Positions 1-12,039 of a DNA stretch of 64,000 bases are shown here, in pieces. The stretch's first letter is position 1. The number at the start of each line of letters is the position of its first letter. The position numbers and the translations under genes were made by a program. Below the pieces are notes generated by a model. The model searched no databases. It was not told the DNA's origin and saw only the letters and a program-made list of their open reading frames with translations. The stretch comes from Macrostomum hystrix (taxonomy: Eukaryota > Animalia > Platyhelminthes): positions 23,932,001 to 23,996,000 of the forward strand of contig CATNEN010000001.1 in assembly GCA_950097015.1 (NCBI GenBank). The letters are read 5' to 3'.

Positions 1-100
1 TCATGTAATCATTTTTTTCATTAACGATTGCCAATAGGGTGCTAATTTATTGTTTATTTGCATTTGCGTACGAACTACGGCGATAAATAAAAATAATTAG

Positions 101-719
101 GATGTCAATGGACAGACTTGTGCGATTCAGAGCCTTAGGGCAAAGTTTGAGGTGAGAGTTAAGCTCTTGTGCTCGAGATTAACCAGTGCTTCTGACGCAA
201 ATATTTTTTCGACATCTAAAAAAGTTCTCAGTGCATTGAGCTGAAGCAAGCCTCGACACTCCCTCGCATTCAACCCTTCCCCAGTCTCCAAGCTGCCCCA
301 AACTGGCTGGCAAGCCAAAAGTGTTCTTCGTTCAAGCCTGCCGTGGCTATGGCCATGACGAGGGCGATCGCTGGGTGGTCGACGCCCGTCCGATGGCCGA
401 GCTTCCTGTCCGACCGCAGCTGGAACTGACGGGCCGTCCGGCAAAAGCGGACTTTCTTGTCTGCTACGCGACGACCGAGGGCCACAGCGCCTACAGAAGA
501 ACTGAGTCGGGTTCGCTCTACATTCGGACCCTGTGCGAGTTCATTGAGAGGAGCTACAAAGAAGAGGACTTGGTGCAAATAGTGACCCGGGTGAACAGGC
601 ACATGAACCTGAACCCCGTCCAGGACGGAAGCCCGACGTACTTCTGCGTGGCTCAAATGGTACACCAGCTCAGCCACAAAGTCTCGCTAGATCCGAGTAG
701 AGCTGCTTCTCCTCCATAA
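101..719 (+). CDS. Caspase (peptidase C14A), 3' part: exons 101-151 and 285-719; 5' exons lie outside the window
   Basis: Exon 101-151 reads DVNGQTCAIQSLRAKFE followed by a gtgaga donor. After acceptor ccccag, exon 285-719 reads SPSCPKLAGKPKVFFVQACRG...ADFLVCYATTEGHSAYRRTESGSLYI...TRVNR (QACRG catalytic pentapeptide plus p10 motifs). The FE|S intron position matches the paralog at 40974/41288. Confidence 0.92.
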
Positions 720-1856
720 GCGGATTGAGATATGCTCAATATCTAGCTCCAAGCATGTGCCTGAGTAGCGGTATTAAGTAATGCCCAAATAACTTGTACT
801 TAATTATAATGGTGCTCATTACTTGTATTGCAATGTTAAAAGTTGCTCAGTTGTATAATACAGAAAGCTGTTCAATTTTCGAAGCTGGGCATTCTTACAG
901 CTCATTCAACATTCTGTAGGCATACAGTATATGCTGCTGGGTGTTCACTTATTTCATTCCTTAAACTCGAAATAATAGCAGCAGCTTTTCTGGTTTGGAC
1001 CGGTTTAGCTACCATCCGAACTGGATTGCAGCTTGCAAGCAAAAGCTTTTCATTTTAAACGTTTCGCATCGAACATCGTTTTGCTTACATGTCAACTATA
1101 CATGTTTTTGTAGCTAGCCTACGCGTGCAGCCTACGGGTTGTGACACCACTTTAACAAATCGATGCAAAAATGTAAGTAAAAAATCTAAAACAAACGACC
1201 CGAAGCGACAAGCAATACATTGACAACTTGAGTGTTCTTGAGTTGTGATTGCAGCGGTATGGGATACAACTCCAATTTAATGAAAGTTTATCAAACTAGA
1301 CAGCTTGCTGGTATTTGCTAGTGCATTTAGACCCTGGGTATGAGGAAGATTTGCCAAGGGAGAAAATCTATAACCATCCAGCTGCCACTTCAAAACTGCA
1401 TCTCTTCCAGTCCACCAGCTCTCTACATATTAGAGCTACGTTGATGGAGCTGAGCAAAAAACTTGAGTCACAGTGTTTTTTGTGGAGAATTCTGACCTGT
1501 CATGTCAAATTATTGGCGGAACTGATTTTAAAGAAATATTTAAAATAAAAAATTTAAATATTTTTTAATTCTTTTTCATACTGCATTTAACCTGACTGTT
1601 GAAAAAGCATGCATGGGATATGTGTTCTAGCAATTAATTGAATCAGACAACTCATTGTCCCCAGTGAAACTAAAGACTTGTAGAGCTAGAACATCATTAA
1701 ATAAAAAGCTGAAAGTTTCATTTCAGACAAAAAATGGTCGTAGAAATATTTTTAAACTTAATAAAGCAATTAAACTTTCAGATGCATCAGTTCCAGGCTA
1801 GGAATTATTTGTTGCTAAACAAGCGTGCCCTGTTCTGTTTTCAAGTAGTTTTTCTT

Positions 1857-2551
1857 CTAATCTCCCAATCCGGCGCGCACCAGGTAGACTCCAGAGATGC
1901 TGCTCACACTGGCTGGCAGGGCGCCAGTCCTGAGCAGGTAGCATAGCAACTGTTGCTGGCTGAAAAACACTGCCTGGCAGTTGTTGTTGGCCTGGCAACG
2001 AGTCAAGCACTCGATCTCGGACCTGACAGCTATGATTGGTAGGGCTGGCTGCAAAGCCGTGGTGTCCGGTCTCTGCTTTATGGTGAATTGGCCATCTGAA
2101 AGTCCTAAATCAGGAATGGACAGGTAGAAATGAAACTGACGTAACTAAACGACACAAAGTCCACAGACTCACCGTCGTATCTCTGTCTAAACACGGAGTT
2201 TCGACTGGCGGCCCCACAAACCTGGTATGTATTTCCTGAACATGAGCTACTGCACTGGTTCTCAGGAGCAGGTCCGTGCAACCCATATGAGTTTCCGCAG
2301 AAGCAGTAGCTGCTGTACTGCAGACCGAAGAACAGATATTTTCCAAGCATGCAGAAGATGCTGCACTCCTCATGGGTCATGGTCAATGTGTTACTAGAAG
2401 GCCCATTCAGGTCTCTCGGACTGCTGTCTATGAAGCAGCCGACATAGGAGAATCGAACTGCGTGAGCAGGAGCTGCGGCCAGGAGAGACACGCAGATTGC
2501 CGCTTGCCAGAGCTTCATGTCAGTCCGTAGAGCAGTGAGCATACTGCTCAT
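1857..2551 (-). CDS. Secreted WSC + PAN/Apple domain protein, copy 1 (exons 2551-2173, 2104-1857; ~208 aa)
   Basis: Signal peptide MKLWQAAICVSLLAAA. WSC motif YVGCF..D...MT.EECS.FC...Y.FFGLQYSSYCFCGN...C...C.GN..QVCG. Phase-1 GTGAGT...TTTAG 68-bp intron joins in frame to PAN-like SEIECLTRCQANNNCQAVFFSQQQLLCYLL. Confidence 0.85.
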
Positions 2552-2717
2552 GGGACATTTCTGAGCTTCTTTTTAAATGCGATCACATCCAAAACGCCCC
2601 ATTCTCCGTGACATGGTTATTGTCCCATTGGCTGTTAGCTTAGAGCTTGACAGAAAGCACATATCTTCAGACCCAACTTCATCGCTTCCCCTTGATAAAA
2701 AGATCTAAAGGGGAAAG

Positions 2718-3800
2718 TTACAAGAAGGCATTTATGCCAGCGAAGGGGTTGGAGGGTGCCGCACTCATGATGGCTTGACAAGCAGGGCCCTGCACCTTGC
2801 CTAGGGCCTCAAGAACCCCTTTGGTCTCCAGGGCACTGTTCCAAATGAAGCTTGCAAAAGAAATGGCCGGTCTAACTATGGTAGTGTAAATCCACCAGAG
2901 ACGGCGAGGGTGAGGTCCCAGGTGGCTCCGAAGGCTCTGCGAATCTGCGCAAGCGTCGCGACAGCTTTGCGGGTTTTGAATTTGACATGAAGTGTCCAGC
3001 TTAACCTGTGGTCGAGGATGACACCTGAGCATCTAGTTTGCTTCTCCATGGCGATGGTTTTGTCATAGAGAAGAAGAGGGTCAATTCTCCAGTTTCGTCT
3101 GCTGAACATGTTGGCAACAGTCTTGGACTCAGTGTTTGAGACCGCAGCTATGACCCGCAGCTATATGGGTGACTGTCTAGCCACGGTGGCGGTAGCATCG
3201 TCAGCATGGCCGATTTTCTGGACCGGGTCCGGGTCAGGGCTGCAAAGCAGCTCGTCCATGACAAGGTTACAGAGGATCGGACTAAGAACGTCACCCAGCC
3301 TCCCTTCTGGACTTCCACAGAGCGGGAGTGGCAAAGCAGGTGCAAGGTGGCAGTTCGGAGAGATATCATATACATGATCCAGCGGGTAAGGTGCTCGTGT
3401 GTAGCCCGGCGCTCCAGGGCTCGCCTAAAGGCATCGAAAAGCACATTGTCGAAGGTAACGTCTATGTCGTGGACGAGCGAGAGACCAAAACCAGTGCCAA
3501 GCACGGTGCGCTCCAGCTTGTCAACAATGGCATGTAGAGCACTTTCGATAGAACGTCAGGACAGAAAGACATGCTGGTTGGCGGAGAGCAGGGATTTCCT
3601 CAGCTCAACGTCAGCTGAGCTGAGCTTGAGGAGCTTGAGCTTCCTTAGATTGGGGATGAAGACGATGTTGGCGTGCCAAGGCCTGGGTCAGTCGGAGAAA
3701 GGTCCCGGCCGGGGCCGTATTTTTTTAGTTTTTTGGATCTGTTGACCACCTCTCTCGGCTGCCCAGGGCGTGTGCATGCGGAGCGACCGGAGCGGCAAAC
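2718..3800 (-). mobile_element. Degenerate non-LTR retrotransposon (LINE) reverse transcriptase fragment
   Basis: Frameshifted pieces DIDVTFDNV..., YADDATAT (YxDD), GVILDHRLSWTLHVK and IYTTIVRPAISFASFIW are typical LINE RT motifs. It interrupts the duplicated upstream flank of WSC copy 1. Confidence 0.8.
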
Positions 3801-5259
3801 AACGCCCCAGTCCTGGCCAGCGTCGAGCCACGTGAGGCAACAGCATGTGCGCTTTATGTTACGCGCTGACCGGCCCAGCGGCTACTCGCTTCCGGTGCCA
3901 GGTTTAAACTTGCTGACATTGTTGTGGTTTTCGATGCCGGGGTCCGCTTGGTGAGGGGCTTGCAGAGAAGACCACTCCAATCAACCCTAAAAATAGAACG
4001 ACGATCCTTATGCTTTTTAGTTCAGGCGTACTTCTGGCCGGCGTACTTGTACGTTTCAAATGAAATTACAAGCTTTGCTACTATAAGTAAATCAGTTGGC
4101 AGTATGAGCAAAAATTAATAAGTGAAACATCTTTATGAATATTATGAGTTGATTGATTGTCTAACTGGCGGGGATGCGTCTCTCCAGTTTCAAGATTTAG
4201 AGTTACGTGCACCGACCCCTCATGCCCCTTTCCAGCTCCACACGCCGACCCCACACAGCCCCACCCCACCTGCCTTGCCGACCAATCACCGCACTGGGGC
4301 AGAGGGGAGCCTTTTTTACTACTATCACCACTTGTAGTGACTTCTCAAAATAAATAGTATTCGCAGTAAGAGCCAGTGTTTACGGCACTGAACGAATCAA
4401 AAACTACCCGAGGATAAAATATATTAACCAAGAGATAAGGAGGGGGCAGAGGAGGTAACACGAGTCAGGACGGGCCAGAGGGAAAGAGCTGAAAATGAGG
4501 GGGTGAGGAAAGAGAAAAAAGCAGCTAGCCAATCAGAGACGAGGGAAAGGAAAGCGAAGTGAAGGTTAGCTAAGAAGTTGAACAGATAGAGAGAGAGAGG
4601 AGAAAGTACAATTAGAGGGCGCGCGAGCGTAAACAAGCACAGAAAGAAGGGGGTAAGTAATGACCACTATAACAACTGTATTAAAAGATCAAAGCTTAAG
4701 CAAATTCAAACGACCCGAAAAGGCAACGACAAACGACAACGGTATGGGACACTATAGGAAAGAAATTATAGGCACAATGCTCGTAAATGCGAGAAATTAC
4801 GTATTGTCAAAGTAAAATATCACTAACAAACCAGCTGCCACTTAAAACACATTTTCCAGTCCACCAATTCTTTCCATTTGGCTACAATAATGGGGAAAAT
4901 TAATGCATAGATAGTGTTTCACGATTGCAAATGCATTCGTGCTGAGCTGCAGAAAAAAAAATTATGAGCAAAGAACGAAATTTGTCGGATTCTTATGGCG
5001 AAGACCGCCCTGTCTTGTCAAGTTATTGACAGGATGTGCTTTAAAAGCATTTAAGCTCGTCTTCAGACTACAGGAGCGAAGTCCTGTGAGTCAGGCCATC
5101 CCGACCAATCGGTCCAAGCGACATCAAAAGTTCTGTTTTACACTTTCTAGCTCGTTTAATCCATACTTCATTGTAGTACGATAAAAGCGGTCTTTCGCGT
5201 CCCTGGGATTTCCCTAGGGAAATCCAAAAAATAGGTTAAACTCAAAATGTCTATGGTCG

Positions 5260-6473
5260 TTAAGCTGTAATATTGAAAACAGACTTGTATTTAGAACAAG
5301 TTGACAGATTGGTGGTTGAAGCTGAACTTACTTTATTTTCACATCCAGCACGACTTAATGCATCCGAAACGCATGCCAGTTGGGACTCCTTCTTTGAGTA
5401 TCTTATGTACCGCTGAGTTGAAACAACCGAACGATGTCCCGTCACATGGCCGATGTCTTCCAGCGAAAAACCGGCGTTGTGCAGCTCCGTCACGACCGTT
5501 GCTCTGATGCAATGAGGCGCATACCTTCTAGACAGTCCAGCCTTCTCAGATATTGTCTGCATCATTGATCCTAGCGTATTGTGTCCAACCGGCTGCTTGG
5601 CAAAATACCACGAGTCTGCGTAAGGCTTAGCCCTCGGCCGAATGAAGACGATGCTGTTCACGACACCTTCTCGGTTCTTAGCATTCGCGATCCTTTCCAT
5701 ATAGTCATTGAAGCAGCCCACAGGGCAGTCAGGTAAGCCGGTAGAAACCATCAGCACCTGTTTAGTATTTTTTGCAGCATTTTCCAAGTGTCCTCCAACA
5801 GTCTTTGTAGCCATCGGCCGCAACTTGATAGCCTCTCGCCCAGATGCAGTGATGGTCTCTTCGAACGACTCAACTGTTAGGCGTCGAAACCACTCTCTCG
5901 CACGCAGCCCAAAATGAGTCATCATATTGTAATAGAACTCATGCTGTAACTTTGCTGGTGTGCTCCGATCGAAATCTCTCTTTCGAAGCGTAGCTAGATC
6001 ATCGTCTTCTATGGAGCTGAATCTCTTTACTTCTCCGCCGTTCTCCAGAAACAGTTTAGCAGCAAATTTTAATATTTTGTTCGCTCTTTTGAACAGCTGG
6101 TTAGATATGATATCCACTCCACGCGTCCGAAGCAGCCAGCGATACAAACCGGCCCGAAAACAGCGCCAAGTAGCAGGTGCATAGTACCCACCGTCAGAGC
6201 GCTTGATAGTTCCATACGCAATCCGGATACAGGCCGCCAATCGCTCCTCTGCGCAGGTCCCAATGTCGACTTCAAGTTGAAGGGACTCCATGGTCGAATA
6301 AAGTTTTTCCAGAGCCCATTTTTCTTGCTGACTCGCACTTGGTGGTTCAGTTTTTTCTCAACCAAATCAAGATCTTGCATTATAGCCTCGATAACTTCGT
6401 TTCGAGGCTCTTTTGCCTCTAGCAGTTCGGCAAGCGTATTATCATCAATTCTCGCAGCGAATGCAGCCGCCAT
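5260..6473 (-). mobile_element. Crypton-like tyrosine recombinase gene with a single frameshift in an A6 run at ~6351-6356
   Basis: YR catalytic set GLRARE, K (ATKT), HCIR, TGHRS and QRY, plus Crypton/DUF3504-like WYFAKQPVGHNTLGSMMQTISEKAGL. The upstream ORF (MAAAFAARID...DLDLVEK) joins EKTEPP...KWALEKLYSTMESL if one A is removed. It occupies ~5085-6645, where the copy-3 flank has unrelated sequence. Confidence 0.85.
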
Positions 6474-6751
6474 CTCTTCTATTCTATCTGCGTCTATTTC
6501 TAGAGCAAATAGAGCGTTGTCAGCTTCCAGCTTCCACCTTCGCGCCCTCGGCCATGACATCAAAGACCTCGGAAACCATGCTAAAGTATTACATTGTGAA
6601 ATGAAACAAGACATTGATTATGCATTAAATTCTAACTGAAAACTTTGTGTCCTCAATGAAATTATCACAATTATGTGCATTAATTGTTCGAATGTAAGTT
6701 TATTGATCAGAGTTACATATAGTCGTCATTTCATTTAGTGAGAATCTCAGA

Positions 6752-7440
6752 TCAGGCGCGCACCAGGTAGACTCCAGAGATGTTGCTCACACTGGCTGGC
6801 AGTGGGCCAGTCCTGAGCAGGTAGCATAGCAACTGTTGCTGGCTGAAAATCACTGCTTGGCAGTTGTTGTTGACATGGCAATGGGTCAAGCACTCGATCT
6901 CGGACCTGACAGCTACGATTGGTAGGGCTGGCTGCCAAGCTGAGGTGTCAGGACTCCGTCGCTCCTTCACGGTGAATTGGGCGTCTGAAAGTCCTGAATC
7001 AGGAATGGACAGGTAGAAATGAAGCTGTCGTAACTAAATGACACAAAGTCCACAGACTCACCGTCGTATCTCTGTCTAAACACGGAGTTTCGTCCGGCGG
7101 CCCCACAAACCTGATATTTGTTTCCCGGACATGGGCTACTGCACTGGTTCTCAGGAGCAGGTCCGTGCAACCCATATGAGTTTCCGCAGAAGCAGTAGCT
7201 GCTGTACTGCAGACCGAAGAACAGATATTTTCCAAGCATGCAGAAGCTGCTGCACTCCTCATGGGTCATGGTCAATGTGTTACTAAAAGGCCCATTCAGG
7301 TCTCTCGGAGCCGTGATGTCGACGAAGCAGCCGACATAGGAGAATCGAACTGCGTGAGCAGCTGCGGCCAGGAGAGACACGCAGATTGCCGCTTGCCAGA
7401 GCTTCATGCCAGTCCGTAGAGCAGTGAGCATACTGCTCAT
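6752..7440 (-). CDS. Secreted WSC + PAN/Apple domain protein, copy 2 (exons 7440-7062, 6993-6752)
   Basis: Close paralog of copy 1 with the same phase-1 intron and an open spliced frame. Confidence 0.85.
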
Positions 7441-10300
7441 GGGACATTTCTGAGCTTCCTTTTAAATGCGATCACATCCAATTGCCAAATTCTCCGTGAC
7501 ATGGTTATTGTCCCATTGGCTGTCAGCTTAGAGCTTGACAGAAAGCACATTCCTGCACACCCAACTGAATCCATGTGAGACTTAAGACTACATATTGTGA
7601 AGGCCTTGTGCGGCTGTGTAAAAAGTTTCCTTTCAGGACTGTGTTACACCCATCCCTGCCACAGTGACTTAAACAGAAGACATGCAGTGACATAAACAGA
7701 AGACAGAAAACTTTTTACTTAGCCGAGCAACGTCTGTTTATTTTGTTCTGGCATTCTGGGTGAAGCTGGGTGAGAGGCAAATGGTCTTAAAGACTTTGGA
7801 GTAGCAAAAGGCGAGTTTCAATGCATGGGCTTGAAAGTATTCTGTGTTTTTACCATAGAAAAGCAAGCGAATCGCCGCAAGCCAATCAGCGTGAACGGGG
7901 TCTCGAGAAACGAAAATTTCCCCAAAATTTTTCGCCGATGCCAATTTTTATTCATCCTTGGCTACAACCACCTCAGGCTAAAACTTGTGTATAGGTTAAG
8001 CCAAGGTCATTCGCGTTTTTGCCTATAATTTGCATTTGTACTACTTAGCATAATCAATTTAACTTGTTTTACTCTGCTTATAATAATATTTTGCAGTATA
8101 CTTTTACTTATTCGGTTTAAAAATTATATTGTTATATCTTTACTTACTACTTACTTTTTCTTTCTATTTTTGCTTCACTCTGCTCCAATCCTTCTACTCC
8201 GTTTCCCCGGATCTATAACCACTACTCAACTTAACCTTCCGAGTAACTTCACCAGCCATCCAGAACATCGACGACTTCCGGCCAGTTCCCTCCAAGCTGT
8301 CCAAACATCTTAAGACTTCAGTCTACGAGGTCATCGAGGTATTCAAACGGACCATCACCGAGGAACCATCTTGTCCTTTTCAACGCCAAGGTAACACTTC
8401 CGTCCATAACAGCCAATTTCCGGACCAGCCGCCCTCTACTTCTCAGTCACCGAAAGGAAACTCCAAGGTCGCTCCAGCTCTCTTTCTTCAGCCGAAATCA
8501 ACACTTGATGAACTTAGGTTCGAGAGGTTCCTTAAGGACAATTTTCCAACAGTTCGAATCCGATCCGTCCAACGGTGCTTCTAATCTTCTGGTTTCAAAG
8601 TCTTCGCACTTGACTATCAAGGTTATCTATTCTGTTCCTCATTGTGGTTACCACAATACCCAAGCCAAAAGACATCCGATGATACGAGTACATCCATTTG
8701 GTGCCAATCTGAAGTTGAACCAATTGAAACTATAATTAATGATCTAGCCAGCATGTGGTAACAAAATACATGAACTATAGATAGCGTAACTGAGATCTCA
8801 CTAGCTAAAAAAAGTGCAGAATGCCACTGTTCCAACAACTCAAGTAAATCAGCGATAAGCAGGTAGCAAATCTATAATCCGAAAAATATTTTTGCATTGC
8901 TTACAACTTATGACTACTTAACTTATTTGACTTGACATATTACTTAAATATGCATGCAGAACATGCTGGATCTCTAAAACAAGACTAAATAGCTATCTGC
9001 GGGTGGGTCAGTTCAGAAGCAAATGGTTTAGCCAGACCTAACTCACTTATATAGGCACAGAATCGACCATTGCTATATTATATAGACTGGACGGCTCCCA
9101 ACCCCCTATGTGGTTGGTAACAAATTTAGTTAACTAAAAACGTGTTAATTAAACACTAATGTTAGTTAACTAAACACTACTCACAGTAGCTTCAGCATGC
9201 TCCTAAATTTATTTTTCTGTTCCAAAAATGGAAAAATTATTTTTATAAGGTCCTGTGCAGGCAAAGGTTTTTGGTGTGGGTTTTTCACACTTCACACATT
9301 CGAATAGAACCAAGATTAACAATTCCTCAAACCAGAAACTCAAATGAATGCATCAAAATCTAAAGCTTATATTTGCTTGTGAATTTAGACAAGCAATGTC
9401 TCATTGAATGTGAAAAAAGAAGTTTCGCCAAGGGAAAATATCGCCAACCATACAGCTGTTACTTAACAATGCATTTCTTCTTGTCTGCCAGTTCTTACCA
9501 TGTTAGAGCTACGTTAATGGAGTACATTAAAGCATAGGTAGGGGTGTTTCATGGTGGCAAATCAAGTTGCAATCTAAAGAAAGCTGAGTAATGAACAAAA
9601 AACCAAATTGGTAGGATTTTTCATGGTGAAGGCTATACCCTGTCCTGTCAAATTATTGACACAGGACGTGTTTTAAAAGCCTTTAAGCTCGTCCTGATAC
9701 CAACAGGAGCAAAGTCTATTCTACAAGTGTAGTTACATGCTTTCAATATAAAAAAGCATCATAGAGACTGGACATGTCAAGCCAAGCAGTTCTTACAGCG
9801 ATGAACCTATCCTATCTTCATAAACATTGCTTAATTTATAATGGATTAATTCCTCAAGCCCGACTCACGAATTTGCGAGAACTTCTATGGAAGTTATTCT
9901 TGGCATGTCAAAAATACACCTCAGGTGCACCGCATTGTGGTATGAAATTTGACATTTAATATGCAGTAAAGAAAAACAGAAAGAGAACAGTGTCCTCAAT
10001 GAAACTATCACAATTTTGTGCGACTCGATTGTTCTCGGATCTGATGAAACCATTTTACTGATCAGAGATACGCAGTCATCATTTCATTTATTAAGATTCT
10101 CAGGATGGTCTCATTTCTGACAAAATATGCTCGTCTATTTAAGTTATTCACTTGATAAAACGGGTCAACCTTTCAGGTGCATCAGTTCCAGGCTAGGTAT
10201 ACTTATTGCAATAGTTTTTTGTTTGTCAGACTAATTCATAGACATATTTTATTCTGCAAGCGTGCCATGTTCTAAAATAGTTTTTCTTCTCATGTCCCAA

Positions 10301-10980
10301 TCAGGCGCGCACCAGGTAGACTCCAGAGATGTTGCTCACACTGGCTGGCAGGGCGCCAGTCCTGAGCAGGTAGCATAGCAACTGTTGCTGGCTGAAAATC
10401 ACTGCCTGGCAGTTGTTGTTGGCCTGGCAATGGGTCATGCACTCGATCTCGGACCTGACAGCTACGTGAGGCAGTGTTGTCTGCAAAGCCGAGGTGTCCG
10501 GTCTCTGCTTTATGGTGAATTGGCCATCTGAAAGTCCTAAATCAGGAATGGACAGGTAGAAATGAAGCTGCCGTAACTAAACAACACAAATTCCACAGAC
10601 TCACCGTCGTATCTCTGTCTAAACACGGAGTTTCGTCCGCCGGCCCCACAAACCTGATATTTGTTTCCCAGACATGAGCTACTGCACTGGTTCTCAGGAG
10701 CAGGTCCGTTCAACCCATATGAGTTTCCGCAGAAGCAGTAGCTGCTGTACTGCAGACCGAAGAACAGATATTTTCCAAGCATGCAGAAGCTGCTGCACTC
10801 CTCATGGGTCATGGTCCATGTGTTACTAGAAGGCCCATTCAGGTCTCTCGGACTGCTGTCTATGAAGCAGCCGACATAGGAGAATCGAACTGCGTGAGCA
10901 GCTGCGGCCAGGAGAGACACGCAGATTGCCGCTTGCCAGAGCTTCATGTCAGTCCGTAGAGCAGTGAGCATACTGCTCAT
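10301..10980 (-). CDS. Secreted WSC + PAN/Apple domain protein, copy 3 (exons 10980-10605, 10536-10301)
   Basis: Close paralog of copies 1 and 2 with the same intron and an open spliced frame. Confidence 0.85.
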
Positions 10981-11209
10981 GGGACATTTCTGAGCTTCTT
11001 TTTAAATGCGATCACATCCAATTGCCACATTCTCCGTGACATGGTTATTGTCCCATTGGCTGATTGCTCAGTGCTTGACAGAGAGCACATTCCTGCACAC
11101 CCAACTGAATCCATGTGAGACTTAAGACTACATATTGTGAAGGCCCTGTGCGGCTGTGTATAAAGTTTCCTTTCAGGACTGTGTTACACCCATCCCTGCC
11201 TTCCCTGCC

Positions 11210-11415
11210 ACAGTGACACAAGCAGAAGACATGCAGTGACATAAACAGAAGACATGCAGTCACATAAGCAGAAGACATGCAGTGACATAAACAGAAGACA
11301 TGCAGTGACATAAACAGAAGACATGCAGTCACATAAACAGAAGACAGTGACATAAACAGAAGACAGTGACATAAACAGAAGACAGTGACATAAACAGAAG
11401 ATATGCAGTGACATA
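11210..11415. repeat. 19-23 bp minisatellite (acataaacagaagac[atg]cagtg)
   Basis: About 9 tandem units; about 2 units occur at the homologous position upstream of copy 2 (~7660-7705). Confidence 0.9.
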
Positions 11416-11419
11416 CCAC

Positions 11420-11930
11420 AGGGACCGATTTCATGAGCAACTGGTAAATTAGCAGTTAGCAGCAGCTAAAATAACTGTGGATGTTCAGCAGTCTGCTAAA
11501 AACTGGTTTCATAAAGCAACTGGTAAATATCTGCAGGTAAATATCAGTACTGCTATTCCCCCTAGCATTAAATTCGTGCCATAGACATTCGCTTTGCAGC
11601 AGAAGAAGAAGCTTATTTGGAGAAGGAGAAAGAGAAGGAGCGGGAATTACAAAAGGCTCTAGTCTTGCTAGCTTAGAAGTCAAAGAAGAAAAGATTTTAA
11701 CCATGTCCACGCCGGAACAAAAGCTCCTCTTTCTGTCTCTCATGAGAGACAAAAAGGCCGTTTTGTTCGGTACGAGCGTAGTTTTGCGGATAACGCAGAA
11801 GCCAAATCGAAAAAGCGACACGCTTGGGAGGAAATCCGAACCACGATGGAGGAAAATGGGTTGTGCAAGCCAGTTGCATATCTGCGCGACACAATGTGGA
11901 AAAACATTCGGATGGCAACAATGATATAGT
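11420..11930 (+). mobile_element. Harbinger/PIF-like DNA transposon remnant with a frameshifted Myb/SANT-like (trihelix) DNA-binding ORF
   Basis: From 11703, MSTPEQKLLFLSLMRDKKAVLFG, then in another frame SFADNAEAKSKKRHAWEEIRTTMEENGLCKPVAYLRDTMWKNIR, the W..I...LR..W.N pattern of Myb/SANT-like domains. Possible terminus AGGGACCGATTTCATGAGC at ~11420. Confidence 0.55.
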
Positions 11931-12039
11931 AATAAACGGCTATGAGTGCTGCAATGTTTTTAACCGAGGGCGCTACGAAGGACGGAGGATGAACCCCAGA
12001 CAGGCCGTTTCAACAACTTCGACATTGGAATCAAGGACT

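Noticed and set aside
5260-6291. Phage integrase / bacterial contamination
   Set aside because: Motifs match eukaryotic Crypton/DUF3504-type YRs, and the ORF is embedded in the duplicated flank of spliced host genes.
7710-9400. Possible solo LTR or other insertion between WSC copies 2 and 3
   Set aside because: Sequence is unique to this spacer, but I could not define termini, a TSD or coding motifs.
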